Origin: an uncultured archaeon
GTDB lineage: Archaea > Iainarchaeota > Iainarchaeia > Iainarchaeales > JAAZKV01
Assembly: GCA_964461205.1 (NCBI GenBank)
Contig: CAYWUL010000003.1
Span: 4,232 to 54,740 of the forward strand
DNA length: 50,509 bases
Direction of reading: 5' to 3'
The notes beneath the pieces are model-generated. The model saw only the letters and a list, made by a program, of their open reading frames with translations. It was not told where the DNA came from and did no database searches. Shown one piece after another: positions 47,322-50,509 of this stretch. Every line of letters starts with the position of its first letter. Position 1 is the first letter of the stretch. The position numbers and the translations under genes were made by a program.

Positions 47322-48097
47322 TTTTCTTCAAACTTGGTATTGTTTTCAACGAATTTTTCTATTTTAGAAGCAAATGCTTTTCTCTTCCAAACAATAAAGC
47401 CTACAACAACAAGTATTGCTAATATTACTATTGCGCCTTCACTTGTTCTAAATAAAAAATAACTGAATTCATTAAGATCAACTATTGGATTTATTTTTTT
47501 CCAAATAACATATTTAACTTGTAATTGATTTCCGCTCTTGTATCCTTCCCAAAAAATAAGTTTCTTTGAACCAATAGTAATTATTTCTGCTTGTGGCTCA
47601 ATGTTATCTTTTATTTCTGCTCCCGCAGGCAACTCAATACTCAATCTTGTGTTGTCTGGAATAACCCATATTCCTGAACGATACAAATTATTTAAATAAA
47701 CTGCCTTAATGCTATACTCTTCAATCAAAGCAGTTTCTTTTCCTTTTGACATTAATGGTTCTGACAAAGAATAAGTTATTTCTAAATAACTATCGTCACT
47801 CTCATTGTAAGCAATTTTTGGACTTACAATATTTGAAGAACCAATGGTTGGCACAAAAGCTGAATTGAATTCTTGCCATTTTATTCCATTAGTCCCAAGA
47901 ATATTACTCTGTTCTCTAAAATCTAATTTATCTGCTTCTGTTGGAAAAAACAAATGAAATTTTTCACTTATTTGTGCAAAACCATCTGCATCAATATTAA
48001 TTTCAATATTATGGGACCAAATTCCATAGTTTTGTGCGCTTGCAAAACCAATTAATAGTATTAAAGAAAAAACTAAGAAAATTTTTTTTGATAACAT
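47318..48097 (-). CDS. Secreted, C-terminally anchored hypothetical protein
   Basis: Signal peptide (…GFASA|Q), beta-rich body, C-terminal TM helix followed by WKRK. Confidence 0.78.
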   Translation of the reverse strand: MLSKKIFLVFSLILLIGFASAQNYGIWSHNIEINIDADGFAQISEKFHLFFPTEADKLDFREQSNILGTNGIKWQEFNSAFVPTIGSSNIVSPKIAYNESDDSYLEITYSLSEPLMSKGKETALIEEYSIKAVYLNNLYRSGIWVIPDNTRLSIELPAGAEIKDNIEPQAEIITIGSKKLIFWEGYKSGNQLQVKYVIWKKINPIVDLNEFSYFLFRTSEGAIVILAILVVVGFIVWKRKAFASKIEKFVENNTKFEEN

Positions 48098-48189
48098 AAT
48101 TACTTTAATGAAAAAACTATTAATTAAGCTTTCCGTGCTTCTAAACTATCGGTTTTAAATGCAGATTATACTATATATTGATGGTGAGC

Positions 48190-48867
48190 ATGGTGGAGTT
48201 GCAGTATTTAGGACATTCTTTCTTTTCAATAAAAGATCATGGGGAAATAATTCTTGTTGACCCGGTGTTTAATTCAACGAAGAGTAGTGCAAAGAAATTG
48301 AATTCTATTCCTGCAAAACAAAAAGACATGAAGAAAATTTCGTTAATTTTGTTAACAAATGAAATGGAAGAACATTTTGACAAAAAGGCGGTTCAAAAAA
48401 TTGCTTCTGAAAATGGGGCAATAGTTGTTGCTCACGATTATATTTTAAGGGACCTTGATTTATCGCGGGATTTAAAAAAACCAATAATGCCAAACATGGA
48501 AATTTTTCTAAAAGGATTTAAGATCACTACTACAACAGCACATTGCCCTCAAAGTTTTTGTCCAACGGGTTATTTGATTGAAGCTAGTGGAAAAACTATT
48601 TATCATGCAGGGGTAACAAAATTATTAGATTCGTTTTCAAATATTGATGCTGATGTAGCATTGCTTCCGATGAGTAATATAAGTATGGATGTTATTGATG
48701 TTGTTAGGGCTGCAAAAATAATCAAGCCAAAAACAATTATTCCAATGCAATATGATATTTATGGTTCAGGAACATTTGATCCAAAAGAACTTAACAAACG
48801 AATAAAGGAAAGTGTTTTAAATTCTGAAACCGTTATTCTTAAACCAGGAAAAAAGTTCAAGGTGTAA
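48190..48867 (+). CDS. Metallo-beta-lactamase-fold protein (UPF0173-like) with degenerate metal ligands
   Basis: YLGHSFF, ILVDP, YHAG, DVALLP, IIPM scaffold. THxHxDH is replaced by TNEMEEH. Confidence 0.85.
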   Translation: MVELQYLGHSFFSIKDHGEIILVDPVFNSTKSSAKKLNSIPAKQKDMKKISLILLTNEMEEHFDKKAVQKIASENGAIVVAHDYILRDLDLSRDLKKPIMPNMEIFLKGFKITTTTAHCPQSFCPTGYLIEASGKTIYHAGVTKLLDSFSNIDADVALLPMSNISMDVIDVVRAAKIIKPKTIIPMQYDIYGSGTFDPKELNKRIKESVLNSETVILKPGKKFKV

Positions 48868-48869
48868 CA

Positions 48870-48995
48870 ATGATTTATGTGTTGTTAATTGGGATAATTG
48901 CGATAATCCTTATTGTTGCAATGTTCAAAGTAGCTACTCGACAAAGACAAAGAGAATTAGAACAAAAAATAAAGCATTTTGACAAAAAACATTAA
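48870..48995 (+). CDS. 41-aa single-TM microprotein (not in the ORF track)
   Basis: AGGTG RBS; MIYVLLIGIIAIILIVAMFKVATRQRQRELEQKIKHFDKKH. Confidence 0.6.
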   Translation: MIYVLLIGIIAIILIVAMFKVATRQRQRELEQKIKHFDKKH

Positions 48996-49025
48996 ACTTA
49001 AATTCTACAAAACAGTTCTCTTTCT

Positions 49026-49520
49026 ATGATAGAAGTAATAGTGCTAGGGATAATAGCAATAATTTTTCTAATGCTATTTGTGATTGTTAATTCAAAAGAT
49101 AATTTATTTGCAAAAGAACGTAAAATAAATTCTTTAAAAGAAAGGCTTCATTTAGCAGAAAATAAGTTCATGAAAGGAAGAATAAAGAACGAAGTTTTTA
49201 TTTCGCTGAAAGAGGACTTGGAAAAAGAAATAATTGATAACGAAATGAGTTTATTGCGTTTAGAAAAATCAATGGATGTTAATGTTGAGTCCAAAACAAA
49301 AGAATTGTTGGAAAGAATAGAAAAACCAACTGAGAAAAAAAGAGTAAGAATTTCTAATTTTTTAAAAGAAACCGAGTTGATAAGAAGAGAAATGGCTATG
49401 CTTGAAAAAAAGTTTTTGAAAAAAGAAATTGGAGAAAAAACATTCAAAGAAGTAATGAAGAAAAAAGAAAACGAGTTAATTGAAAAAGAAACAGAAATAA
49501 TTCACTTAGTAAAAAAATAA
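49026..49520 (+). CDS. Membrane-anchored coiled-coil protein with two SHOCT-like repeats
   Basis: N-terminal TM; ENKFMKGRIKNEVF and EKKFLKKEIGEKTF repeats. Confidence 0.7.
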   Translation: MIEVIVLGIIAIIFLMLFVIVNSKDNLFAKERKINSLKERLHLAENKFMKGRIKNEVFISLKEDLEKEIIDNEMSLLRLEKSMDVNVESKTKELLERIEKPTEKKRVRISNFLKETELIRREMAMLEKKFLKKEIGEKTFKEVMKKKENELIEKETEIIHLVKK

Positions 49521-49600
49521 TACTATTAAATATTTCAAAAAATTAATTTTTATGCTAGGGGTTACTTTTTATCAAAGCTATTTTTTTATCAAAACTATTA

Positions 49601-50509
49601 TTATAATATAATTTCTTCCATGTCTTTTGCAGAAGAGGTGTTTGAAAAAACTTTTTTTGCTTCTGTTTCAGCATCTTTTGAATTGTTTATTCGTGCACTG
49701 AAATGGAACAACATTAATTTTTTCACTCGTGCTTTTTTTGCAAGTTCAGCAACCTCGGTCGTTGTTGAATGTTTTGACTCTAAAGCATTTGCTTTGTGTT
49801 CTTCCAAAAAAGTTGATTCATGTATTAACAAATCAGCTTCTTTTGCCGCATTAATAGTTTCTTTATTTGGTCGTGTATCCGTAACAATAACTATTTTTCT
49901 TCCAATTCTTTTTTTTGAATAATCCAGAACATCTTTTTTTGAAATTTTTTTTCCTTTAACAGTAATTGTTTTTCCTTTTATCAATTCAGAATATTGTGGT
50001 CCTGGGGGGATACCAAGTTTTTCTGCTTTTTTTCTATTGAACTCTCCTTCTTTATCTTTCTCACAAAATGCAAAACCATAACATGCAATTTCGTGTTCTA
50101 AAGGAAAAGCGCTAACACTAAAAAATTCTTCTTTTAACACAATACCTTTTTTTAGTTCTTTGTATTCTATTTCAAAACTTGGTTTGACAACTTCTTTCAA
50201 AATTCTTTCAATTTTTTGGTTTCCTCCTCTGGGAGAAAAAATAGTTAATTTTTCTCGTCTCTGATTTAATGTCATTGTTGCTATCCATCCAAACAAACCA
50301 AGAAAATGATCTGCGTGTAAATGAGAAATAAAAACATTGTTTGTTTTCATAAGAGAAACGTTTGATTGCATTAATTGTCTTTGTGTTCCTTCTGGACAAT
50401 CAAATAATAAATTGCTTCCGCTAAAAGAAATTATTGTCGAAGCAAAATTCTTGTCTTTTTGAGGAACACTTCCTGATGTGCCTAAAAAAGTAACCTTTAT
50501 TTTTTCCAT
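49601..50509 (-). CDS. rnz: Ribonuclease Z
   Basis: FLGTSGSVP, FDCPEGTQRQ, SHLHADH, GIPPGP exosite, DTRP, HESTF, HFSAR. Confidence 0.96.
   Translation of the reverse strand: MEKIKVTFLGTSGSVPQKDKNFASTIISFSGSNLLFDCPEGTQRQLMQSNVSLMKTNNVFISHLHADHFLGLFGWIATMTLNQRREKLTIFSPRGGNQKIERILKEVVKPSFEIEYKELKKGIVLKEEFFSVSAFPLEHEIACYGFAFCEKDKEGEFNRKKAEKLGIPPGPQYSELIKGKTITVKGKKISKKDVLDYSKKRIGRKIVIVTDTRPNKETINAAKEADLLIHESTFLEEHKANALESKHSTTTEVAELAKKARVKKLMLFHFSARINNSKDAETEAKKVFSNTSSAKDMEEIIL

Noticed and set aside
1-50509. tRNA or rRNA genes
   Set aside because: I saw no GC-rich cloverleaf or rRNA-like stretch in the intergenic regions; no tRNAscan was run.

Overview
AT-rich, gene-dense archaeal chromosome segment. 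Gene content and compactness suggest a DPANN archaeon, possibly Diapherotrites/Iainarchaeota (inference only). Housekeeping genes include Elp3, pelota, ABCE1, a bacterial-type ThrRS, Nre, ThrH, RFC small and large subunits, TopA, NFACT, Cdc48, PheRS alpha/beta, Cdc6, YchF and RNase Z. A large type IV pilus locus (CpaF ATPase, two TadB/C proteins, an EppA-like peptidase, about 10 class III signal-peptide proteins) has TctA-like, OB-fold and JAB genes embedded in it, and a second pilin cluster lies at 35.6-37.8 kb. The most unusual region is 16.1-22.1 kb. (1) Five copies of a 60-68 bp structured element (covarying 5-bp stem/8-nt loop pseudoknot plus a second hairpin) all lie on the + strand. Each abuts a truncated, often diverged copy of the end of the neighbouring gene (thrS 3' end x2, a hypothetical gene 3' end, nre 5' end x2), consistent with serial gene-end replacement. 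(2) A free-standing LAGLIDADG-wHTH cassette sits between nre and an orphaned alternative nre 3' end. (3) An 18-aa Thr-rich leader peptide with a hairpin precedes thrS, resembling ribosome-mediated attenuation in an archaeon. All calls come from reading the sequence and recalled family motifs; no database searches were run.
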